DNA of 57,796 bases, taken from positions 1-57,796 of the forward strand of contig MU054264.1 in NCBI GenBank assembly GCA_013239625.1, in the 5' to 3' direction. The notes under the pieces were generated by a model. The model was not told where the DNA came from, made no database searches, and saw only the letters and a program-made list of their open reading frames with translations. The stretch's first letter is position 1. Each line of letters starts with the position of its first letter. The translations under genes were made by a program, and so were the position numbers. This DNA comes from Lama guanicoe. Lineage: Eukaryota. Shown piece after piece: positions 11,932 through 22,300 of this stretch.

Positions 11932-12200
11932 CAAGTCCTCGGTCCTTTATCTGCAGTTCTGAAACCTGAAAGCTTTGAAAGCTAAAGGTTTTTATAACTT
12001 ACTTCAGAGGAAGAGATGTGAGCTCATTTTAGTCCTCTTCATGTGACCTGTTGTGAATATTAATAGATTTTCCTGGAATATGAATGTACTTGGCTTTGCA
12101 GGGCTGTCCCAGACTCCACTGGAGGTGGTGACAATGCCTCGTTATGTCTATAAAATCTGAAATACTCCAGCTGGCCCAAAGGGTTTTATTTAGTAAGGCT
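11932..12200. mobile_element. Old hAT-type DNA transposon relic (MER96B-like)
   Basis: caagtcc..tccttatc start, gctgtcccagactccactgg, and ctggcccaaagggttt end, matching the consensus as recalled. Confidence 0.55.
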
Positions 12201-12262
12201 TTTGGAGGTGGGTGGGAAGTGTGCCGTGTTGCTGAGTCTCTCCTCTTCTGTTTTTGAACTAG

Positions 12263-12388
12263 ATTGTCTCTTCTGAGGATGCTGTGACCCCGTCTGCTTC
12301 CTCAGCTTCTTCTTGGCCGTGTATCGCAGTGACAGATGACCCAGGAGCTGCCAGCATCATTGCAGAAACCATCACCAAAACCAAAGAG
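12263..12388 (+). pseudogene. HERC2: HERC2 exon (IVSSEDAVTPSASSASSWPCIAVTDDPGAASIIAETITKTKE)
   Basis: ctag|...|gtcac, 126 bp. Confidence 0.93.
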
Positions 12389-12409
12389 GTCACGGGGCTT
12401 TCTTGTTTA

Positions 12410-14110
12410 CCATTTTATTTTGAAATAATCTTAAATGTACACACAAGTTGCAGAAGTAGGTTGCAGAAATAGAGCACGGTACATGCCTGTGTACCGTCCA
12501 CCTATGTTCTCTAATTGTACTCAGATTTTGCTCACTGTCCCAATAGTGTCCTTTATCAGTTTAGGACCCAGCCCAGGGTTGAGTGTGGTCTCTTTGGTCT
12601 TCAATATGGAACACTTTTTCAGTCCTTCCTTTTGTCAGAAACACCACAGGAATGATGCAGAGTGCTTTCCAGTGCATCCCAGTGACGTGAAGTCTTATCA
12701 CTTGGTCAGGTATCTGCCAGGTGTCTCCGCTGGAAGTTAGTAGAAGAATGGTAGTAAGTGTTCATGGGGAGATGCTTGGAGGCTGTGCTGATACCTTGTC
12801 CCTCGTTGTGTTTTCACCTCCCAGTTTGTAGTGTCTGTGATGATTCTAGCTGAGTCCATTGTAGCCCTGGTAGTTCTGTGGTCATTTTTCAAATTTCATC
12901 GTTCTTTTCGGACTGTCACTGTTCTTCTGTAGGGGAGGACTTTGCCTTCTCATCTCCTCTGTCTGTGTTGGTATAGATTCATGGGATCCTATTTTACTCA
13001 GATAATGACACACATCACTCATCATTTGATGCCCAAATTGTCCCAGACCTGGCCATTGGGAGCCCTTTTCAGCTGATTTATATAATTCTTTGAGCATTTC
13101 CTTCCTTTCTGGCACGGTAGTGTGTTCCACACGCATCTTTCACCTGCCCTGGCCTTGTCCCGGAGTCAACCATTTCTCCAAGGAGCCCTGGTTCCTTTTG
13201 GTGGATCATAGGATTTAGAAACAAGATCTGGGAGCTTGGTAAGCTGATTACTCTGGGGTGTCCTGGGTTTAAGCTCTCTTAGCAAACAGACATGCACACA
13301 TGCCCACTTAGGCCAGAATTTCTCCCTTGACATCTTATCTATATAATGAAAACCAGGAGTGGTTCAAACCAATGCTTTCAATTTCAGTCCAACACCACAG
13401 AGTTTATGCTTGCTTTCTTCTTTCTGTATTTTAGATGTGTAATCTTTTTAGATGTTGCAGGACTGCTTTGCTGTTTTGCTGGTTTTTGTGCCTGTATTCG
13501 TAAGGTATACTGAGCTGTAGTTTTCTTATGATGTCTTTGCCTGGTTTCGGTAACAGTGTAAGTAACACTGGCCTCCTAGAATGAGTTAGGCAGTGTTCCT
13601 TACTCTTCTGTTTTTTAGAAGAGTTTGTGAAGGATTGGTGTCAATAGTTTTAAAAATATTTGATAGAATTTTATCTGTTCATTTAACATGTTCCCATCAT
13701 TCTTTTATTTCCTTGTTTCCTGGCACAACACAAAAGTCTAGGTTCAACAATATGTTTTACGCTCCAGCACAGAAATTAGGTGTTCCTCCATGAAGTGTTG
13801 GTTTTTTGTAGTGGGCAGTGGTATTTAGTAGCCAAGATCTGAGCCTTTGCTCACTGCTGTTGGGAGGTTGCTGGTCACAACTGTCTTAGTAGACAGACCT
13901 AGGAAGTATGTGCGTATGAGCGCGTGCACGCATGTGTGCGTACCCACACAATAAGTTAGTGGGTTATATTAATATTCTTTTTGTTAGTTATCTACATGTA
14001 TTGAAAACCACTAGTTCCTAGCAGTACAGTCAATTCTAATAACTGCACAGGATTCACCTTTCTGTTCCACATTTCTGTATGTATAACTTTTCTCTGAAAA
14101 TGAGAAGCCC
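12410..14110 (-). mobile_element. Old L1 (L1MC/MD-like) 3' fragments
   Basis: ttttattttgaaataatcttaa start, tttgatgcccaaattgtcccag...ggccattgggagccc, ggagtcaaccatttctccaaggagccctggttcc. Confidence 0.65.
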
Positions 14111-16124
14111 GTCCCCTTACAGACAGTTCCATAGCTTCCCCTTAGGTAGCCTGCCTCCCATTTTGGCTGCTTGTCCTCTCCCACGTGGGCACCCTCCTTC
14201 CACTGCACAGCTTCTGGTGCTCAAAACCAGTTTGCCCTCTGCAGGGATGACCTCTCACCTGCTTGACCTGTAACCTCTCCCACCCTACCCCCCAGGCCAG
14301 CTGGCCCAAAGCAGGGACATTTTCCACTTAGCTTGGCTCTGTCACACCAGCCACCCTCCCAGGCAGGTGCCCTCCCAAGCCTGCTCAGGTGCTTCCTGTG
14401 CCACTCCCTGCCCGCACTGTCTCCCTGCTGGCACATCCAGCTTGGGAACACACATGCAGTATTGCCGATTACATTTGGAACTCTTGATTTATTGTGGTGT
14501 TGCTGCTGACAGAAATATGTCCTATGGGAAGTATTCATAACCATCTATGGTAATAAAATTGCTATTTATAAATTAGGGGTCTGAACTCAACTTGTGATAC
14601 TTGACAATCTTCTAGGATGAGAGTTTAATGCAGAAATTATCCAGAATTATGGGAAGTCTTTGCTTTTTAGGTAGAAGAAGGATGGTATCATTTCTTTCCT
14701 ACCAATTCATGAGACATAGGCATTATCCAGAGTATTCCCCTAAATTCCTACCATTGCAGTTTTGGTTTGATTCATAAATTATGGCAGAGTAATTTTCATG
14801 TTAGTTGTGGGTTATAACTCACATTCAAGGAGATGTAGCTAGTGATTTTATTTTTTAGCAATTATCTTGTTTTTCCTAATACCCCCACCAAAAGTTGTTA
14901 GGTACTGTTTCTTATTGTATGTAATTCACATATTCCACTGAATGCTCTTGCTGCTCTTCAGTGAGTGAGATTCTGGAATGTCATTGCTTCTGTGAATTTC
15001 ACAAGCTGATTCCCTGGGTCTCCGCTTAGAGGTAGGAGCAGGGTCTGTTTCTTTCCAGGAAGAAACCGTGCTGCCACCTCAGAGAGCGCTGGTTTCTGGG
15101 GCCTCCTTGGGCACTGATGGCACTTGCATATTGGATGGGTCCCATTCCGCTGAAGGTTCCTAAGTGGGGCTTGTGCTTCCCCCAGCTCAGTTGTGTTTGG
15201 CAGTCAGGTTTCACTGAGATCCCAAAAGCAAGGGAGGAGAGAAGCTGGCATCTCCGGCATCTTGTTCTTCCTCTGGCGAGCTGGACTCTGCCTGTGGGAC
15301 TGAAAGGAACCAGGACCACCCCTGTTCAGCATGGAGTCTCAGTGATTGCCACTCCTGAGCTCAAAAGCTACGGGGTTTCCCAGCTCTGATGGCTCCCTGT
15401 TCCTTTCTATAGGCTGAGTCCCACTGCCAGTGGCCAAGAGGCTCTTGTGTGGTGGGCAGCAGGCTGGGGACGGCTGTCCTGGGTGGGGCATCCTCAGGAG
15501 GAGGGGTGGAGGGGGCAGAGATGCAGACAGGCGGCCCCTTTCCTCTGCCGATGTGAAAGAGAGGTCAGTGATCGCAGGTGTGGTGTGTTTTAACTGACAC
15601 ACTGTGAATGGGAAGTGAAAAAGGAAGAGAAGACTCTTTTTCAAAGAGCCCAGGGAACAAGAGATTGTGGGCAATGTGTTACACGCCAGTGAGTCTCTTA
15701 AATAAGATTCTGGGAAGGAATTATGAAGATCTAGAAAAAAATATGTAAAAGTACAATGCTCAAATGAGAAAACTCCCATCATCCCCTGTGGATGGGAGCA
15801 GGGGATAGATTTTATGTGGTGTGACTTCATTCCAAGTCTCCACTTATAAGGAACAGCTGTGCTGTGAACTTGATCACAGTGTAAATTGTCATTCCTTCTG
15901 AGAGCTGCTGTGGGTAATTTGTAAAATAGTTACTTGGTCCTGAAAGCGTAGTACGTGGTGGTGGCGATTTTAGGGGCCTGTCATGTCTTATTTCATGGTG
16001 TTAAATGCCTTATCAGGTCCCTTATTCCTCCGCCGTCATCATGTATCCTTGGAGTTTATGGGTAAACTGGTGACTGTTTATCTCTGGACACATCTTTCCT
16101 GATTTTATTTGTTGGACTTTTTAG

Positions 16125-16313
16125 GATGTTGAAAGCCAAACTAAAGCATCAGGCCCAGAACGTCAGTCCTCGGATGAGTTCGCCAGTCTGCTGGGCACGG
16201 ACAACACGCGTACCTTGGACCTGCTCAAGCCGTCTGTGTGCAGCCGGATGGGGGACAAGGGCAGGGACGTGCTTTTGGCCATGCTGTCTGGCATGGGCAC
16301 CGCCTGCCCCCAG
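16125..16313 (+). pseudogene. HERC2: HERC2 exon (DVESQTKASGPE...DLLKPSVCSRMGDKGRDVLLAMLSGMGTACPQ)
   Basis: ttag|...|gtgag, 189 bp, frame open. Confidence 0.93.
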
Positions 16314-16429
16314 GTGAGCCGCGGGTGGGTGGGCGGGAGGTGCTGCCCCCGTCCTGGGCTTGAAGGGCTCCTGGGAAACATGACTCCCTTCCCCGTCTCC
16401 TGTGCTGCACTTGATTCTCACTTAACATT

Positions 16430-16865
16430 TTGAAATCAATTTGATATTTTAGAATTTAGAAATGTCTAATGTTTACAAAGTTGGATCGGCCAGTTTTTTT
16501 CATTTATGACTTCTGGATTTTGTATTCTGCTGAAAATACACTACCAACATGATACTGTTTAAAGAATTCTCCCAGGTTGCTTCTAATTGTTTTTATTACT
16601 TAATTTGTTCTTAATTTACATTTTTGAGAGATGAAGTAGGGATTCAACTTTATATTTTCCTAGATGGTGAACATGTTGCCCCAACATCATTTATTGAATC
16701 ATCCTTCTTCTTCCCCAGTCATTTGAAGACCACTTTTAGCATATTCTAAATTTCAGTGTGTATTTGGGTCCCTTTATCGACTCTCTTCTGTTCCATTAAT
16801 CTAAGTTTTATGCTTTAATGCCACAGTATTTTAACTATTAACTATTTAAAATAGGTTTTAGTATT
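16430..16865 (-). mobile_element. Old L1 (L1ME-like) fragment
   Basis: gttgccccaacatcatttattgaat, gactctcttctgttccattaat, ccacagtattttaacta motifs. Confidence 0.55.
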
Positions 16866-16871
16866 TGCTAA

Positions 16872-17050
16872 CACTGGGTTCTGTGGGACTTGCGGCCGTG
16901 GTGATGTTCTGTACCTGGCACTCACCAGCCACATAGGCTGTTGAGCACTTGAAATGTAGCTGGTGCACCTGAGGCAGTGAAGTTTTCATTTTATTTAACT
17001 TCTTAATGGATTTAAATTTCAGTAGCCACATGTGGCTAGTCCAGGGTGTA
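16872..17050. mobile_element. MER3/MER33-like hAT DNA transposon relic
   Basis: cagccacataggctgttgagcacttgaaatgtagctggt ... gtagccacatgtggctagt. Confidence 0.7.
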
Positions 17051-17559
17051 CGGTCAGTTCTATGTTAATATCTCTTAGAAATAGAACTGAGCAGTCCAGA
17101 AGCCCTTGGGCTTCCTTATCAGTGGCCTTGTTCTCTGCCTTTTCAGAACTGGCCGTGTCAGGGAGGCCGATGCTCTGTGCAGGTGTGTCGTCAGTGTTTC
17201 TGTGAGTTCCATATCACCACCACCACCACCAAAGTACTTAAGTATGGCTGAGTGGTCTTGAAATCATAGTTACGGTTTTGGAGCTGTTTTAGGGGCATGT
17301 TATTTCTTAATTGTATTCAGGAAGAACAAAGTGGTAGGTTTCCTACTTCTAATTTTTTGAGGCTAATTCTCAGAGATTACATCAAGGTGGCTTGCCATAA
17401 GGAAAATACTGCTTTCACAAGGTTTCTGCATTTGTGAGAGGAAAGGATGGAATGAGAAGAACTCGGATCTAAAGTAGTAATGCCCCACATTTGTTGTACC
17501 CACAGCTACGAGGCCTGGTTCTCTGTGCGTTCGCTCAGTATGGAACACAGGTGCTCCCT

Positions 17560-17670
17560 TTGTTTATAGATAAGGCAACTGAGGCCCTGAGAGGTCGTTA
17601 AGTGCCTCAAAGACAATTGGGTTGCTGGTGGGTGGGAGAAACGATGTCGGATCCTGTGCACTCTTAGGGC
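17560..17670. mobile_element. MIR relic (similar relics near 35325, 35980, 39980, 45940, 53580)
   Basis: ttatagataaggcaactgaggccctgagaggtcgttaagtg core. Confidence 0.55.
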
Positions 17671-18812
17671 AGAACCACAACTGTGACCCCTCTGTCACCC
17701 TCTCCTCAGAGCTTGTTCGCCTCTCCTGGGGGTCTGACTGGCTTGGCAGGGAAAGTTTCTAAACCCCAAACCCCAGAAGACCCCTGGTGGGCGGTGCATT
17801 AAGGTTTGATGATGTCAATGTCTCAGATTCAGGGGGAGACAGAAACAAAGATGGGATTGTCTTCCAACTTTCCTGGCCCAGGGGCAAGATGGTACTCCTG
17901 TGTCCTACACTGACCTAATTTTGGGGGCTTTTTTTAAAAAAGAGAAACATTTGAATTTATAACAATAATGCCTAGATGGCAGTGATCTTAGTTTGTCATT
18001 AGTAAAACTACTTACTAGGCTAATCTATTTGTTATCTGATGTGATGAGAGAAAAAAATAGATAAAAACAATCATTTATTTCTGAAAAGTACAGAATAGAA
18101 AATAGTTTTATTTTTTCTAAATTAAGAAAGTTGGCATTTACTGTGTTACTACTGTAAACTGTAACACATTTGTTTTTAAAAATTGCAGTCAGGGAGTTTA
18201 TAGTCAGCAGTATTAACCATTCCAATGGTGTGAATAACTAAAGTTTTAAAATGCAATCAACATTATGGATTGTAGGGAGAATGTGGTACTGGAGGCTGAC
18301 CCTCAATGTCTCTGGTCAAGAGACACCCCCAGGTGTGCTCGTATTTGTAGCCCTCATTTCAGACAGTCTGCCGCTGTTTGACCTGGACGGCTTGGTCATT
18401 CCTCTTCATGCCTCTCCTCTCCTGCTTGACCCCAGTGCCTTCTAGGATCTGGGTCATTTTTATCACCGTGCTGCTGCTTCGCTTGATAGTGTTGTTCCTG
18501 AGGCCGACTTCCCTCACCAGGTTGTGTATTAGGAGAAATTCTTGTCATTAGAGGCCTTTTGTTTCATCGGTTGGTATGTGTTGGGTATTTTGTGTGTGTC
18601 AGGTGCCTCCTGGCTACTTGTACCTAGGTCGCTCCAAGCATCTCTGTGAGCTCTGGGCTGTCTTGATTGTAAAGGTCAGGAAACCGAGCCCTGATTAAAA
18701 GTAGATTTCTCAGTCTCCCAGATGCTCCACTCTGCCTCATCCCTGCAGAAAGATCTGGATCAGAGCTGGCATCCTGACGTCTTCTGGCTTTTCCCCCCGC
18801 TTCCTCCCACAG

Positions 18813-18964
18813 GTGGCTGATACGTGGTTGGAGCTCTGGGTCACTGAGTTGGAGGACATAACCACGGACTCAGAGTGGCCGCCTGTCCTCCCAGCCCGTG
18901 GTGGTGGAGAGCAGCCGTCCCTACGCAGAGGACACGTCCTCCGGTGGCTCAATGCAGATTCCAG
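18813..18964 (+). pseudogene. HERC2: Last HERC2 exon present (VADTWLELWVTELEDITTDS / SGRLSSQPVVVESSRPY...IPG), -2 frameshift
   Basis: acag|...|gtgct, 152 bp; ORF 18813..19247 for the 5' half. Confidence 0.92.
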
Positions 18965-19074
18965 GTGCTCGGGGCTGGTCCCAGGGAGGAAATGGTGGGG
19001 GTCCCTGCCTGTAGAACAGCTTCATGTCTGCCATCGCATCAGTAGAAGCAACGTTCACTGTTTCATAGAGAAGC

Positions 19075-19230
19075 TGCAGAATTGCACAGCTCCCTCCTTG
19101 GGTTCAAGCAACTTGCTAGAGCGTCTCGCAGAACTCAGAGAAACATTTATTTGTGTTTGCTGGTGTGTTATAAAGTATAGGAAAAAGGATACAGGCGAAT
19201 GGTCAGTGAAGAGGTACACAGGAGGGTGTT
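19075..19230. mobile_element. ERVL LTR fragment (MER21/MER77-like)
   Basis: ctccttgggttc...ttgctagagcgtctcgcagaactcagagaaacatt...aaaggatacag...gaagag. Confidence 0.65.
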
Positions 19231-19234
19231 TTGT

Positions 19235-21100
19235 AAACGTCTGTTGAGGTCAAGGAGGTAGGTGGTCTTGTAGAAGTCGTCTGTATCTTTACTGATTTCT
19301 GTCTACTTGCATGAGCTGTTGCAGGCTGGGTTTTGAGATCCCCAGCTGTCATTGTGGGTTTGTCTCCTTCTTACTTTTCTATCAGTGTCTCCTTCATGTG
19401 TTTTGGGTCTCTGTTATTAGGTGTCGTAGCTTTGTAATTGTTACATATTCCTGATGGTCGACCCATTTTTCACTGTGAAATGTGCCTCTTTGTCTCTATT
19501 AACACTTCTTAAAGTCTATCTTGTGTAATGTTAGTATAGCCACTCCAGCTCTCCTAATGATTTCTGTTGACATGATGGATCCTTTTCCATCCTTTTACTC
19601 CCAGCCTTTTATGTCTTTTGAGTCTAAAGTTTGTCTCTTGTTATGCATCTTTTAGTTAGCTCTTGCGTTTTCTTAAACCAGCTGGATAGGCTTTGCCTTC
19701 TGGTTGAGATGCTTAGGCCATTCGCATTTGATGTAAGTATAGATGTTGGATTTACATGTCTTTAGTATGTGTGTATTTGGGGATGTTTTTATTTTGCCTT
19801 CATTTTTGAAGGATAGTTGTGCTGGATTTAGAATTCTTAGTCGATAGAATTTTTTTCTTCTTATCACTTTAAATTTGTCACCATCCTGGTTTCTTGCATT
19901 CATTGTTTCTCAGGGGAAGTCATAATCGTATTTTGTGTGTTTTTTCCTCTTGTGGCTTTCGTGATTTTCTGCTTGTCTTTGGTTTTCAACAGCTTCAGTC
20001 TAATGTGTGTGGAATGTGGATCTCTGTGTTTATCCTACTTAGGATTGGTTAGTTCTTGGAGATGTTGATTAATGTTTTTCATCCAGTTTGGGGTTTGCGG
20101 CTGTATCTGTTCAAGTACTTTCTCTGACCCTTTTTTCTCTTCCCTCCGTTTTGTGTGGGCATGGTGCAGAATTCCCATTATGCGTGTTGGTATGCTTAAT
20201 GTTGTCTCCCAGGTACTTGAGACTTTATTTTTATTCAGCCTTTTTTCTTCTGTTCTCTGGATAGAGAGTGATAGAAATTGTGCAGTTTTGAAGTTGTATA
20301 GTGATTCTTTTTTTCTGCCGTTTCAGAGCTGCTGTGTCATCCAGTCGGTCAATTTCTCCTTTTGGTCATTGTGCTTTCTACCCCCAAAACTTCCTTTTAG
20401 TGCTTTTATCATTAAATCATTTTATCATATTTTCCTTTGTTACCACGTTTTCTCTGGTTTTCTTGAATGCTTTGAACATACTTATTACAGCTGCTTTGAA
20501 GTTGTTGTCTGCTAAAGCCAGCATCTGGCCCATCAGAGTTAGTTTCTGTTAACCGATTTTCTTCCTGAGTATGGCTCACACTTTCCAGTGTTTTTGCATA
20601 GCTCCTAATTTTTTATTGAAAACTGGACTTTTTAGATTTTGATGTGTCATCTGGATTCTGACCTTTTGTTTTTGAGATCTGTAAGTGTGCCTACAATTCT
20701 TGGACTGTTTTGTATGTTTTGTAACAGCCCTGGAATGACTCTTTGAAATCTCCCTACCAATGTCACATAGCTGCTGATGTCACGGCTTCACTCTTCTATT
20801 TTCGTTTTTGTTTTCTAGCCTGACTTCTAGGATTTGGTCCATGTCTGCTTAGCATAGTTCCGAAGCTTGCTACATTTTCCCGTCTGTGCGTGGATCTCTG
20901 CATGGGTGGGGCAGGCAGGGTGTGGAAGTCAGTGTTCTGGCAGTTTCATGTTTTCCTGATTTCATGTGCCCTGGGTCATCCGAACCTCCAAGATGTCCTC
21001 CCCGAGCCCTGCTCTGCTCTCTGACTTCAGTATTTTCCTGCTAGATCTCTGGCTAGTTCTTAGGGCTGGGATCAGGGAGCCTGGGTGGGAACGGGAAGCG
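19235..21100 (-). mobile_element. Old L1 5' portion (start of ORF2, ORF1, 5'UTR relics)
   Basis: ORF 19673..19903 RILNPAQLSFKNEGKIKTSP matches the L1 ORF1p C-terminal motif. Confidence 0.75.
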
Positions 21101-21209
21101 CCTTCAGCCTAGCACACAGAGCCCTTGTAGCCTCCAACACTGGCTGTGCCAGATCCCCCGCTGGGTGCAGTTCTATGTGACCGGACCCCGGACTTCCCTG
21201 CCCCACCTG

Positions 21210-21670
21210 CGGTGTGAGGGGTGAGGGATGAGGGGGTCAGCTCAGGGTAGGGGTGCATTTGGATTGAAGGGGGATCCTGAGGTGAGGCGGGACAGGCTGA
21301 GGGGTAAGGGGCCGATCGGAGTGGAAATGACCCAGCTGAGGGGCAAAGGGGACCATCTCGGGATGTTGGGGGTCCTGTGGTGAGGCACGAGGGGTGAGCT
21401 TGGGGTGTGGGGGATATAGGTTAGTCCTTAGAGGGGTGGAGTGTGCTGGCTGGGACTGGGACCACGGTGTGAGGGGAATCCCCATCTTGGGGGGTCTGGT
21501 CGACGGCTGGGCCTGGCCTGGGATGGGACGGTCATTAACAGGAGGAGGCAAGCAGGGGGAGTGGGGGTGGGGGGTGTGGCCTGGCCCAGACGGTGGTGGT
21601 TCTGGTTGAGTGTCAGGACCTGGTTGGTGGCCGAGTAGGGTTGTTGGGTATGCAGACATGGCTGGGCGGG
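21210..21670 (+). repeat. G-rich low-complexity tract upstream of the CpG island
   Basis: Dense GGG/GGGG runs on the + strand. Confidence 0.6.
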
Positions 21671-21689
21671 CAGAGGGTGCCCTACCACT

Positions 21690-22300
21690 CCACCGCCCCA
21701 CTCAGCTTTGCTCATCGCCACCTGGCCACGCTTGGGCCCCACTCGCCACATCCGGAACAGTAGGAGCCCCAGCCCAAGGGTCTGTGCTTCGGGGCGGGGG
21801 GAGGAGAAGGGGTGCGCATGCGCGGACGCACACACGCGCGGACGCGGGACCCACCCAGAGGGTGTGGGAGCCAGGCGGGAGCCGGGCGCTCCTGGGACCA
21901 GCTTCGGAAGTAGAAGGCGGCGTGGGCCTTCTACTTGGCCGCCGCTTGCCGTCCTCTCCGCTGCCACTGCGGGACAGGTAAGGGGCGCTGGTGGGGGCGC
22001 GCAGGTCGGGGAGCCGGCGGGTGAGGCCTGCGTTGCGCAGCTGGGGAGGCGCACAGGGAGGGGTGAGTGGGTGAGGCCCTGCCGCGCGGCTCACTAGGAC
22101 CCTGAGGCGGGTGCCCCCTCCCCCGTTAGTAGTCTCTGAACCGGCGTCTTCGCTGCCGCTTCCACCCAGGTTTGGGAAAGCAGGCTACCCCCGGGAGGTG
22201 GGAGGGCGCAGAAGGGCCCCGGAGCACCTCTTAGCGGCCCTCAGTTCGTGGCCTGCTTCCGGGTGGCAGCTGCCATGCCTTTGCGGGGCCGCGGTTGGGT
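21690..22300 (+). promoter_or_regulatory. CpG-island promoter with GC box, NRF1 and ETS motifs
   Basis: ggggcggggg 21791-21800; TGCGCATGCGCG 21813-21824; CGGAAGT 21905-21911; high CpG density; no TATA box. Confidence 0.75.
21850..21977 (+). other. Putative non-coding first exon of an unidentified donor gene (start approximate)
   Basis: Strong donor CAG|GTAAGG at 21977/21978 just downstream of the promoter motifs; no ATG in the interval. Confidence 0.6.

Larger units (their letters stand above)
1670..18964 (+). pseudogene. HERC2: Unprocessed partial HERC2 duplicate: 11 exons covering RCC1-like domain 2 and the downstream linker (roughly human aa 3055-3635)
   Basis: Exons translate to HERC2 peptides in parental order with AG/GT boundaries. 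Lesions: 5-bp deletion at the end of exon 3504-3643, TAG at 4292-4294, +1 near 10446, +2 near 11520, -2 near 18871. No upstream or downstream HERC2 exons found. Confidence 0.95.

Noticed and set aside
1670..18964. Functional HERC2 locus
   Set aside because: It has a stop and four frameshifts, no flanking HERC2 exons, and a 5' flank paralogous to an unrelated module.
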